Below, piece after piece: positions 39,000 through 47,432 of a stretch of DNA of 64,000 nucleotides. The stretch's first letter is position 1. Each line of letters starts with the position of its first letter. The DNA is from a virus: the IMG/VR virus record IMGVR_UViG_3300037258_000301, positions 87,625 to 151,624 of that record; one strand, 5' to 3'. The position numbers and the translations under genes were made by a program. The notes beneath the pieces were generated by a model. That model was not told the DNA's origin and searched no databases. It saw nothing but the letters and a program-made list of their open reading frames with translations.

Positions 39000-39973
39000 A
39001 CCACCTTCGGCAAGCATGGGCAGCCAAGACTGCCGCACACCGCTTTCAGCACGTATGGCTCCCCGAGAACCCCGATGAGGCGCATGATCTCCTCCAGGGC
39101 CTCGCTGGGGGCCATCTCGCCCATCTGCGGGTGGTCGGTGAGCAGGCCGCTCCATACGACAAGGAGCGCCTGCACGATCTGATCAACAACGGTGGCTTCT
39201 CTCACCACCCAGGTCACGGCGCGGCCCCCTCGACTGGCTACATGGCCAGCTACGAACTCTCCTCGCCGAGCCAGGCCGCCGTGCACGACATGTCCACGCT
39301 GACGCCCGAGCACATCGCGGAGCATCGTTCGGCCATCGGTGAGCACCTGGCCAAGCCAGACAGCTACCAGGGCGGCTGGCTCGACCGAGGCGAGAACAAG
39401 GTATACCTGGATGCCTCCCGCCACTTCCACGACGAGGGGAAGGTCCGGGACTTCTCCCTGAAGAACAAGCAGCTCGCCTACTACGACCTCGGCAAGGGCA
39501 ACGAGTACTACCTCGATCCGCATCGCGACGAGCTGGCCCACACCGACCCCTCGGCGCACCACGAGAAGTACTCCGGCATCACCAAGAAGTTCGGTCCCGG
39601 CACCCCGCTGGAGTACGAGAGCTACCGACACCTCTACGAGGGTGGTGGCGAGAAGACCGCGTCCCTTCAGTACGCGGTGACCGAGCAGCCGCCGGCCAGT
39701 GGGTTGCCCTACCTGATCCGCGTGGCCAGGGGCAACCAGGTCATCGCGCACATCGGGGTGCGTCCGGATGGCACCTGGCGCTACCTTCGGGCCGAGGCCG
39801 GCCGGACCGCCACCCAGTCCTCGGTCGACGAGATCCGGGACGGAATCAACGCCATCGTGGGCGCCTTGTTCGAGGGCACCCAGGCTCGCCCCGAGTGGCT
39901 CGACGGCCGGCCGATCGGCCCGTGGCTCAACGACCACGTGGACGAGATCGAGCGCCGGAAGCGGCAGCCGTGA
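38996..39973 (+). CDS. Hypothetical two-module protein
   Basis: AGGAG RBS; domain 'GGFS..PSTGYMAS...YQGGWLD..KVYLDAS...NKQLAYYDL'; second module after 'KTA'. Confidence 0.65.
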   Translation: MNHLRQAWAAKTAAHRFQHVWLPENPDEAHDLLQGLAGGHLAHLRVVGEQAAPYDKERLHDLINNGGFSHHPGHGAAPSTGYMASYELSSPSQAAVHDMSTLTPEHIAEHRSAIGEHLAKPDSYQGGWLDRGENKVYLDASRHFHDEGKVRDFSLKNKQLAYYDLGKGNEYYLDPHRDELAHTDPSAHHEKYSGITKKFGPGTPLEYESYRHLYEGGGEKTASLQYAVTEQPPASGLPYLIRVARGNQVIAHIGVRPDGTWRYLRAEAGRTATQSSVDEIRDGINAIVGALFEGTQARPEWLDGRPIGPWLNDHVDEIERRKRQP

Positions 39974-41631
39974 CGTGGCCCCCGAGTGCTACTCATGAGG
40001 AGCTGAAGGATCTGATTCCTGGCTTCGATCAGGATCGTCATGTGGGGCACGAGCATGAGGTGTACGACTACCACCCCGCCTATCCCATCAAGGGCGGCAT
40101 AGTCGGGCTACACAAGGGCAAGTCGCCCTGGGGTTTCTACTCCGAAGACAGTCGTGCTCGTGATGACGACCTCGATCGTTGGAGTGATCTCCAGGACCGC
40201 ATCAAGAGAACTCCCGGTGACGTACACCCTCTCGTTATTTCCGGTGGGCACCTCCTCGACGGATTCCATCGCGCAAGCTTGGCTCTCAATGCCCGGAAAA
40301 ATACCTTCCATGCCTACGTTGCTCGCTCGGAGAGCGCACAGAAGGAAGGTCGATCTCAAGGGTCACGCGACTCTGCCACGAAGAACTTTGGTGAACTGGC
40401 CCCGTACGAGCAGGCTGCCGCTGCCAAGTATCACGAGCAGATGATTGAGGAGGGTAACGCCGAGCCCAATACGATGCCGCGCGATTACCGCTATGAGATG
40501 CACCAGGAACCCATGAAGCAATTCATCAAGCGGTACATGGATGCCGACGACGAGTTCAGGGCCGAGTACCCCCATGGTTCGGCTGACTTCCAAGCGCACC
40601 ACGACGAGATGCTGCGGAATCATCCGATTCCGAGCCATTCGGCCAAGAATCGCTGGCCCCTCATCGTGCGCGACACCAACCCGAACTACGTCGATGACGG
40701 CTACCACCGGATGCACTCCTACATCCGCGATGGTGCCACCTCTCTGCCAACCATGCGCATGTGGCCGAAGGACGAAGCGCTCGTCAAGCAGGCAGCCACG
40801 GTGCTGCCTCATGAGCGCCTCTTCGGACCCACCTACGGGCTCGACCACCGGCTGTTCGAGGGGGATGTGCTGCGGCCGGAGATCCGGCGGGACATCGTCG
40901 AGAAGTTCAGCGGCTTCTGTTCGGCACACGACTACCCGAACTGGCACGACTGGGCCAAGATCGTCTTCTTCGGCAGTGAAGCGTCAACATGGACGTCACC
41001 CACCCTGGTAGGAAATAACGACTTCGATCTGAGTATCGGAGTCGAGTATGAGCGCTTCCGGGCGGCCGTACCGACCATGCGGGGGCTTGCCGCCGATCTC
41101 ATCGCCAGCGGTCTCACCGAGCAGATGCACGCCGAGCTGAACGATCCCGCCACCTACTTCGAGCTGGCCGACGGCAGCCGGGTGGGTCCGATGGATCAAA
41201 CCTGGTTCGCCAACCTGCTGGGGTGGGACATCCGCCAGATCCGCCCCTACGCCGCTTACGACGTGGTGGCCAATCACTGGATCGTCAAGCCTCCTGATTT
41301 GCCCGACTGGGACATCAACCAGTTCCCGCAGGGCCACGGCCTGGTCCGGGAGATCCAGGGCATCATCGAGATGGCGCGAGGGATCCTGGCTATGCCCGAG
41401 CCCTACCGTACCCAGCAGGGTGCTCAACTCTGGGAGTACGTGCATGCCAATCGCTCGGGAGCGTTCGGGCCTCAGGGCGAGGGCTGGTGGGATGTCCGTA
41501 ATGTGGTAGAAAAGGCACTAGATCAAAAAGGTCTGATTCAGCCCCTCTTCGAGTGCCACCAGCGGGCCGTCGAGACCCCACACAGTCTCGATGCGCCGGC
41601 AGGCTGGTCCAACGACCCCAGCACCGTCTGA
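39970..41631 (+). CDS. ParB-like x2 + Pol-beta-type nucleotidyltransferase fusion
   Basis: 'LLDGFHR' (40252-40272), 'VDDGYHR' (40690-40710), 'FFGSEAS...NDFDL' (40966-41031); GTG start overlaps upstream stop. Confidence 0.7.
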   Translation: MTWPPSATHEELKDLIPGFDQDRHVGHEHEVYDYHPAYPIKGGIVGLHKGKSPWGFYSEDSRARDDDLDRWSDLQDRIKRTPGDVHPLVISGGHLLDGFHRASLALNARKNTFHAYVARSESAQKEGRSQGSRDSATKNFGELAPYEQAAAAKYHEQMIEEGNAEPNTMPRDYRYEMHQEPMKQFIKRYMDADDEFRAEYPHGSADFQAHHDEMLRNHPIPSHSAKNRWPLIVRDTNPNYVDDGYHRMHSYIRDGATSLPTMRMWPKDEALVKQAATVLPHERLFGPTYGLDHRLFEGDVLRPEIRRDIVEKFSGFCSAHDYPNWHDWAKIVFFGSEASTWTSPTLVGNNDFDLSIGVEYERFRAAVPTMRGLAADLIASGLTEQMHAELNDPATYFELADGSRVGPMDQTWFANLLGWDIRQIRPYAAYDVVANHWIVKPPDLPDWDINQFPQGHGLVREIQGIIEMARGILAMPEPYRTQQGAQLWEYVHANRSGAFGPQGEGWWDVRNVVEKALDQKGLIQPLFECHQRAVETPHSLDAPAGWSNDPSTV

Positions 41632-41685
41632 TCTCCCCTGCGCCCTCCCTAATAGCTGACGCACCGCGCTCAGTGGGAGGGCACC

Positions 41686-43044
41686 GTGACATACGCAACC
41701 CAGACGTGGATCGACGGCCCAGCCGGGGGCACGCCGATCAACGCCGCGCGGCTGACACACATCGAAAACGGCATCAAGACCGCCACCGATCTCGCCACCT
41801 CCATCATCGGCCCGTCCGGCACCATCCTGGGCACTCAGGCGTCACTGACCACTCCCGCTCTGCAAACCGGCAACTATGCCGCGTCGGCCAACCAGGTCAT
41901 CCCCTGTGACGCGACTGCCGGCAGCTTCACCGTCACGCTGCCTGCCGCTGCGGTCATGGGCACCATCATCACCGTCAAGCTGATCAACACCGTCGTGACG
42001 CACACCGTTACCGTGCAGTCCTCCGGTGGCGACTCGATCAACTCCGCCGGCACCACCCAGGCCGTCCTTCAACTCGTTGGTGAGTCCTTCGAGTTCGTCG
42101 CCACCGGTTCGGGCCTGTGGTACCTCTATGGCGGCCAGAAGAGCCTCTCTTCGCTGGACACGCGCTACATGGCGGCGTCCGGCTCCCCGAACTTCGTCAC
42201 CCAGTTCGTGAAGGTCGGGCCGACCCCCTACTCCTTCACGCCGGTAGGTTCGGGATCGGCCTACTACATCATCGACAAGACCGGTTCGGGCAACGACGCG
42301 TCCCTGCTGATCCGGGACACCGGGGTCGCCATCTTCGAAGTCGGCGCCGCCGCCGATGATCAGTTCCACATCAAGGCCGTCACCAGTTCCGGAACCGTGT
42401 TCACCGATGCGATCATCGTCGAGAACGCGACGGCCTATGTCTACATCCCCAAGCAGCTCGGCGTGGGCACGATCCCCGTCTATCCGTTCCACCTGGCCTC
42501 GGCCGCCGGCAGTGGTGCCCGCACCGTTGCCCGGTTCGAGAACACCAGTGGGGCCGGCGCGGGTCTGGAGTTCAAGGGCGATGCCGGCTCAGGTACGCCT
42601 GACTGGTTCATGGGCACTGATATCGGCCTGACCGGTGCCAACAACTTCGGGATCTCCGACCTGGTGGCGGGCTATCCGCCCAGGCTCGCGATCGATACCT
42701 CCGGCAATGTAGCGATCGGCAGCGACGCCCCCGGCGCGAAGCTCGACATCAACGGCGCGCTCACCATCCGGGGCGACAACAGCCTCAGCCCGTTCAAACT
42801 GCGCGGGCTGAAAACCACCACCGGCGCCCCGACCACCGGCACCTGGGCCTTGGATGACCTTGTCATCGACTCTTCCGGCGCCTCCTGGCTGTGCACCACG
42901 GCCGGCACTCCCGGTACCTGGTCGGCCGGCGGGGGCGGGGCGCTGTGGTGGTTCGGCACCGGCGCTCCGGTTACCGTGGCCGGATCCAAGGTAGGCGACG
43001 TCTACATGGACACCAACACCGGGAATACCTATCAATTGAGTTGA
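41686..43044 (+). CDS. Fibre / minor virion protein
   Basis: 'TWIDG..GTPINAARLTHIENGI' N-terminus; Gly/Thr-rich; 'LAIDTSGNVAIG..P.AKLDING' fibre repeat. Confidence 0.7.
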   Translation: MTYATQTWIDGPAGGTPINAARLTHIENGIKTATDLATSIIGPSGTILGTQASLTTPALQTGNYAASANQVIPCDATAGSFTVTLPAAAVMGTIITVKLINTVVTHTVTVQSSGGDSINSAGTTQAVLQLVGESFEFVATGSGLWYLYGGQKSLSSLDTRYMAASGSPNFVTQFVKVGPTPYSFTPVGSGSAYYIIDKTGSGNDASLLIRDTGVAIFEVGAAADDQFHIKAVTSSGTVFTDAIIVENATAYVYIPKQLGVGTIPVYPFHLASAAGSGARTVARFENTSGAGAGLEFKGDAGSGTPDWFMGTDIGLTGANNFGISDLVAGYPPRLAIDTSGNVAIGSDAPGAKLDINGALTIRGDNSLSPFKLRGLKTTTGAPTTGTWALDDLVIDSSGASWLCTTAGTPGTWSAGGGGALWWFGTGAPVTVAGSKVGDVYMDTNTGNTYQLS

Positions 43045-43068
43045 TCTCCGAAGAGAAACGGGAACCTC

Positions 43069-43620
43069 ATGGGCTGGAACCAAGTGGCCTCGTTGGCTCG
43101 GAAGAGCTTGACGAACGCCGCCTCCCAATCGCTGGTCGCCTGGACCGGCGACCCCACGATGATGAACACCAGCTACACCTCGCCAGGCACCGGCAAGTGC
43201 CTGGCGGTGCGCGCCTACGTCGACAATCCGGTCACTATCGCCACCTTCTACTGCTACACGCTGGTGAGTGGTTCGGGGCTGTCCAACTGCTACATCGGCC
43301 TCTACAACGCCACCGGTACCTTGCTCGGCCACACCAACGACATCTCTGCCTCACTGGACGGGACTGCCGGCCAGATCACCGCCTCGGCCGCGTCCCCCAT
43401 CACCGGCTTGACCTTCAACCAAGAGGTCAGGCTGGTCATCCTGTTCGGCGCCGGCACCACTCCCACCTTGCTGTCCAGTCGCGCCTATGGGGCGAACATG
43501 GGCCTTTCCAGCGATCTGCGATGGGAGTCCGGAGGTAGTGGGCTCACCTCGCTGCCCTCCAGCCTGCCGACTATGAGTTCGGCAGGCGCCGAACCGCCCT
43601 TCCTCGCGGTAGGTCCCTGA
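43069..43620 (+). CDS. Putative minor virion protein (paralog A)
   Basis: Beta-type 183 aa; clearly paralogous to the next gene. Confidence 0.6.
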   Translation: MGWNQVASLARKSLTNAASQSLVAWTGDPTMMNTSYTSPGTGKCLAVRAYVDNPVTIATFYCYTLVSGSGLSNCYIGLYNATGTLLGHTNDISASLDGTAGQITASAASPITGLTFNQEVRLVILFGAGTTPTLLSSRAYGANMGLSSDLRWESGGSGLTSLPSSLPTMSSAGAEPPFLAVGP

Positions 43621-44186
43621 TGACGTGGACCCTGACCGGCAACGCCCAGTACCAGCCGCTGTCGTTGCGTACTTCACTCAACAACAACCTGGTCGCCTGG
43701 AACGGTGACCCCGCCTTCGTGCCCGGATCGCCCGGCCTCTCGGCGGGATTCATCTACATGACCCGCGCCTACGTGGATCAGAGCCTCGCCGCGAACACCG
43801 CCTACATGGGCATCCTGACGGCCGGCACCGGCTGCACCAACTGCTTCATCGGGATCTATGACCCCGCCACCGGTAACCGGCTGGCCCAGACCGCCGACGT
43901 GTCCACCCAGATGATGACGGTGGCACTCCTCCAGGTCGCCCTGACGTCCACGCTGGCTGCCCAGGCTCTCAACCAGGAATTGTGGCTCGCGGTGCTCATG
44001 GGGGCCACCACCGGCACACCGACGATCGTGGGGCGCTCTCCCTACGGCAACAACATCGGCCAGTCCTCCGACTATCGCTTCCAGCTCTCCAGTACCGGCA
44101 GCCATACCTCACTGCCCTCCACGGTCCCCACCTTGGTTCCGGCCACGGCCAGCCAGGCCATGCCGTTCATTGGCATCGGGCCCTGA
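43620..44186 (+). CDS. Putative minor virion protein (paralog B)
   Basis: Shares 'LVAWxGDP', 'RAYVD', 'NCxIGxY', 'NQE', 'PFxxxGP' with the previous gene. Confidence 0.6.
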   Translation: MTWTLTGNAQYQPLSLRTSLNNNLVAWNGDPAFVPGSPGLSAGFIYMTRAYVDQSLAANTAYMGILTAGTGCTNCFIGIYDPATGNRLAQTADVSTQMMTVALLQVALTSTLAAQALNQELWLAVLMGATTGTPTIVGRSPYGNNIGQSSDYRFQLSSTGSHTSLPSTVPTLVPATASQAMPFIGIGP

Positions 44187-44187
44187 C

Positions 44188-44520
44188 ATGCATCACCTGA
44201 TCAGCACCGTCGGGCTGTGGTTCGAGTGGTGGACCGGCATCATTAACATCTTTTGGTATAATCTTTGGTCGGGATTTGTTGGTGACTTGACCGAATGGGT
44301 TACCGTCGGCGCCGGGTTCGGGCTCCTTTACCGACACTTCAACTGCCACACGGACGGGTGCAAGCACCTTGCGTTCCGCCACATCGTGGATCCGGACTCC
44401 GGCGAACACCTGCGGCTCTGTCGCCAACACCACCCACGTAAGAGCATCACTCCCGAGCACATCGCGGATGTTGCCCACCGGATCCACTTGCGTAGTCAAC
44501 CGCCTCCGGAAACTCCCTGA
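44188..44520 (+). CDS. Small membrane protein with C/H cluster
   Basis: Trp-rich hydrophobic N-half; 'HFNCH..GC...LC.QHH'. Confidence 0.6.
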   Translation: MHHLISTVGLWFEWWTGIINIFWYNLWSGFVGDLTEWVTVGAGFGLLYRHFNCHTDGCKHLAFRHIVDPDSGEHLRLCRQHHPRKSITPEHIADVAHRIHLRSQPPPETP

Positions 44521-44527
44521 ACGACCT

Positions 44528-44569
44528 CTTGGTGGAGTCAGGGCCTCACGCTAGTGTTCTGCCGTCACA
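44528..44569 (+). promoter_or_regulatory. Phage promoter element copy (TTGGTG-17-TAGTGT, +1 GTCAC)
   Basis: -35 at 44529, -10 at 44552, GTCAC at 44564. Confidence 0.75.
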
Positions 44570-44629
44570 CGCTCTCTGGATGTCAGGAAGCTCCTGACAC
44601 ATTCCCATCCCCCGTGGAGAGGTCCATTC

Positions 44630-45661
44630 ATGAAGAAGTACGTCGTCGCCGTCATGGCGATCGTCGCCATGCTGCTGGCGGGTGGTTACGTCGCCGCCAA
44701 TGCCGGCCCCAGTGACGTGCCCAGTTCGCCTGCCGGCAACTACCACAGTCTCGCCACCCCGCAGCGGCTCCTGGACACCCGCACTCCGGCTGCCCAGACG
44801 CTCAGCAGTGGTGCCTCCCTGAACGTCACGGTCGCGGGCAAGGTGGGAGTCCCCGTCGATGCCACTGCGGTGGTCCTGAACGTCACCGTCGCCGACTCCA
44901 CCATCGGCGGCTATCTGTCCGTGGTGCCCTCCGGTGTGGATCCGACCGGCACCTCCACGGTGAACTGGCCCAGCGCCGGAGCCTTGCTCTCCAACCAGGC
45001 CACCGTGGACCTGCCGGCCAACGGCAACGTCACGGTGTACAACCGGGCCGGCGACACCGATGTCGTTCTGGACGTGGTTGGCTACTTCACCCCTGCCGAA
45101 GCTGCCGGTACGGGTCCTGCGGGTCCTGCGGGGCCACAAGGAGCCAAGGGTGATACCGGCCCGGCCGGACCCCAGGGGGCGCCAGCCGTCAACACGTTCG
45201 GCGTAGGCCAGCTCTGGATCAACACGAAGTTCGGATTGACCCAGTGGGCCCAGTACGAAACCACCGAGGCCGGTGCGCCGGGTGGCGATCAGGCCAGTGG
45301 TGAGTTCCGGTTCACCTGCACCCTGACGGATGGCTGTGACCTGTCGCTGAAGGCGTACTCCACCGGCGACGGCTACACCGTGTACCCGCGCATCGTGCTG
45401 GAGAAGGAAGACAACACCACCGGTGCGAAGCTGACCTGCGAATATGCGGACGGCACCAACAACGAGGGTGGCACGCAGGATCTGACCGATACGGCCGCCA
45501 CGGTGCTGATGGGCATCGGATCCACCGCTGACTGTGGGAGCACCGTGCAGACCGGCACCCCCGCCGACGGCGTGGATCACATCAACGTCCCCGGTTCGAC
45601 GGGACAGGGCATCCACTACGACGCGAACATCACGCTGACCTTCGCGAAAGCTGCTGCCTGA
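44630..45661 (+). CDS. Secreted protein with actinobacterial 'PxRLLDTR' domain and collagen-like linker
   Basis: Sec signal 'MKKYVVAV...ANA', 'TPQRLLDTR...ATAVVLNVTV...DVVLDVVGYF', (G-x-y)8 repeat. Confidence 0.8.
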   Translation: MKKYVVAVMAIVAMLLAGGYVAANAGPSDVPSSPAGNYHSLATPQRLLDTRTPAAQTLSSGASLNVTVAGKVGVPVDATAVVLNVTVADSTIGGYLSVVPSGVDPTGTSTVNWPSAGALLSNQATVDLPANGNVTVYNRAGDTDVVLDVVGYFTPAEAAGTGPAGPAGPQGAKGDTGPAGPQGAPAVNTFGVGQLWINTKFGLTQWAQYETTEAGAPGGDQASGEFRFTCTLTDGCDLSLKAYSTGDGYTVYPRIVLEKEDNTTGAKLTCEYADGTNNEGGTQDLTDTAATVLMGIGSTADCGSTVQTGTPADGVDHINVPGSTGQGIHYDANITLTFAKAAA

Positions 45662-45666
45662 TAGTT

Positions 45667-45705
45667 CCCGAGGGGGAGCATTCGATGAGGGTGCTCCCCC
45701 TCGGG
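45667..45705 (+). terminator. GC-rich hairpin terminator
   Basis: cccgagggggagca/tgctccccctcggg, 14-bp stem just after the stop. Confidence 0.7.
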
Positions 45706-45847
45706 GTCACTTCCGAGGAGCCCTAAGATGATCATAATGACGACTCGCCAGTTTCTACTCCGGGCGGCCTTGGTCGCCCTGTCCTTGTCCACGCTGCTGG
45801 GGGTCGGGGCCATGTGGGCCCAGGCCAACCACCTGATTCCTTGACCT

Positions 45848-45893
45848 CTTGGTGGACTCGGGGCATCGAGCTATCCTGGTTTTTGTCACCAGC
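45848..45893 (+). promoter_or_regulatory. Phage promoter element copy (TTGGTG-17-TATCCT, +1 GTCACCA)
   Basis: -35 at 45849, -10 at 45872, GTCACCA at 45885. Confidence 0.8.
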
Positions 45894-45914
45894 TCCACTG
45901 CCCCGGAGGCACCC

Positions 45915-46601
45915 ATGTCGAATCTCACTCTCGACCTGATCCGCAACTCCATGGTCGGCACTCCCGGCTACATCCCCTCCACCGAGGCTCTCCCCACCAC
46001 GTCGCGTCCCGCCCCGGCCCGCCGGCAGCTTGACCACGGCGCTTATTCCCCGAGGATCGCCATGAGCCGCCCCTCCGAACCTCAGATGGACCTGCTGAAG
46101 GGGCTGCTCGCCCAGATCGCTGAATTGGATCAGGAGGTGGCTGATGTCGAGCGTGACCTCCTCAACGCCCTGTACTTCGACAACAAGCTCACCCCCGGCT
46201 GGGGCAATGGCGCTTCCCAGCGCATCGATCATCTGAAGAGCATCAAGACGACCCTGACCAACTCTCGCAAGACTCACTCCGCCCAGCTCGATCGTCCCAT
46301 CGTTCCTGTGGGTAGATATGCCGTCACCGCCATCGAAGGCCACACCGCGTTCTACTCGGTCGAGGTCAACGACGGCGGCTTCTACACCGTCTACCTTCAG
46401 GTCTCCGACGACTTCCAGAAGCTGTCCTGGGCCACCTCGCTGACCGTACTTCGCCAGGTCGAGAGCGACGGCCCTCTGGATGCCGCTAAACGTTACGGCC
46501 GTGAGTTGGGCGAGTGCCCGAGGTGTCACCACACTTTGACCAACCCAGCGTCGATCGCCGCCGGGATTGGCCCAAAGTGCGCTACCAAATACGGCGCGTA
46601 G
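45915..46601 (+). CDS. DUF6011-like Zn-finger protein
   Basis: C-terminal 'YGRELGECPRCHHTLTNPASIAAGIGPKCA'. Confidence 0.75.
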   Translation: MSNLTLDLIRNSMVGTPGYIPSTEALPTTSRPAPARRQLDHGAYSPRIAMSRPSEPQMDLLKGLLAQIAELDQEVADVERDLLNALYFDNKLTPGWGNGASQRIDHLKSIKTTLTNSRKTHSAQLDRPIVPVGRYAVTAIEGHTAFYSVEVNDGGFYTVYLQVSDDFQKLSWATSLTVLRQVESDGPLDAAKRYGRELGECPRCHHTLTNPASIAAGIGPKCATKYGA

Positions 46602-46634
46602 TTATCCACAGGTGGGGATGAGGGTGTGGATAAC
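46601..46634. promoter_or_regulatory. DnaA-box cluster (two perfect, one degenerate)
   Basis: TTATCCACA at 46602-46610 (+); TGTGGATAA at 46625-46633 (perfect box on -); TGGGGATGA at 46613-46621 (2 mismatches, -). Confidence 0.7.
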
Positions 46635-46642
46635 ACTCTACT

Positions 46643-46678
46643 CAGAGTGGGTGCCGAACTATTTTGGTACCCACTCTG
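46643..46678 (+). terminator. 16-bp hairpin
   Basis: cagagtgggtgccgaa-ctat-tttggtacccactctg with two G-T pairs. Confidence 0.55.
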
Positions 46679-46827
46679 CCGCCGATCTCTTTGGATGGTA
46701 AGAAGGCGCATGTTCATCATGGTGGATCACGCCCCGGACCCCGGCGTGTCACTTGGTCGCATTGGCCTGATCATCACATCATGAAGCATTCATTTCATAT
46801 CGTCCCCCGTACCTGAAAGGACACTCC

Positions 46828-47232
46828 GTGGTTGACCAAATCACAACGCGCCGCTTGGACGACTTGCACGCGCTCAACAACGAGAATGTCGAGGCCGACC
46901 AGCGGTATAGCTTCACTTTCGACGGCGCACCGCTCCAACTCGACCTGACGTCAGAGAACGCGACCGAGTTCGAGCGTGTGCTACGGCCTTACCTGGATGC
47001 GGCCACTCCCGTGCAGAAGGCCGCCACCGCGACGATCACGCCCAAGTCCAAGATCTCCTCCACGCGGCCCGCCGGCACGGGCGCCCGGAAGATCTCCAAG
47101 GCCACGGCGGCACAGATCCGTCAGTGGGCACTGGACAACGGCATGGTCTTGAAGCAGCAAGGTCCGCTGCCTCGGGACGTCAAGGAGAAGTACGCGGCAG
47201 CTCAGGGCATCAGCGTCGACGAGCTGCACTGA
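46828..47232 (+). CDS. lsr2: Lsr2 nucleoid-associated protein homolog
   Basis: 'LDDL...FTFDG..LQLDLTSENA..F...L.PY' dimerisation domain; 'IRQWALDNG...GPLP..V.EKY' DNA-binding domain. Confidence 0.85.
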   Translation: MVDQITTRRLDDLHALNNENVEADQRYSFTFDGAPLQLDLTSENATEFERVLRPYLDAATPVQKAATATITPKSKISSTRPAGTGARKISKATAAQIRQWALDNGMVLKQQGPLPRDVKEKYAAAQGISVDELH

Positions 47233-47238
47233 TGGAGA

Positions 47239-47278
47239 GGCCCCGGAGCGCGTCATCCCCATGCGCGGCTCCGGGGCC
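47239..47278 (+). terminator. Hairpin after lsr2
   Basis: ggccccggagc/gctccggggcc 11-bp stem. Confidence 0.55.
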
Positions 47279-47432
47279 CTGCATCTCATTCCCACACGCT
47301 TTCCCGACAGACGCTCCCGTCGGTACTCGCCTCGCGAGACACCCCTCACGAGGAAAGGATCACGCAGCGCGGACTGTACCCGAGGACAAGATCTGCTCGC
47401 AAACGACCCACCCTCATCCCCCAAGGACACCC

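Noticed and set aside
47253-47261. TCATCCCCA here and at 14812 as additional DnaA boxes
   Set aside because: Isolated 2-mismatch matches, expected by chance in C-rich leaders
45705-47432. tRNA or known ncRNA in the intergenic gaps
   Set aside because: No cloverleaf, T-loop (GTTCRA) context or other recognisable family by eye; tRNAscan/Infernal were not run
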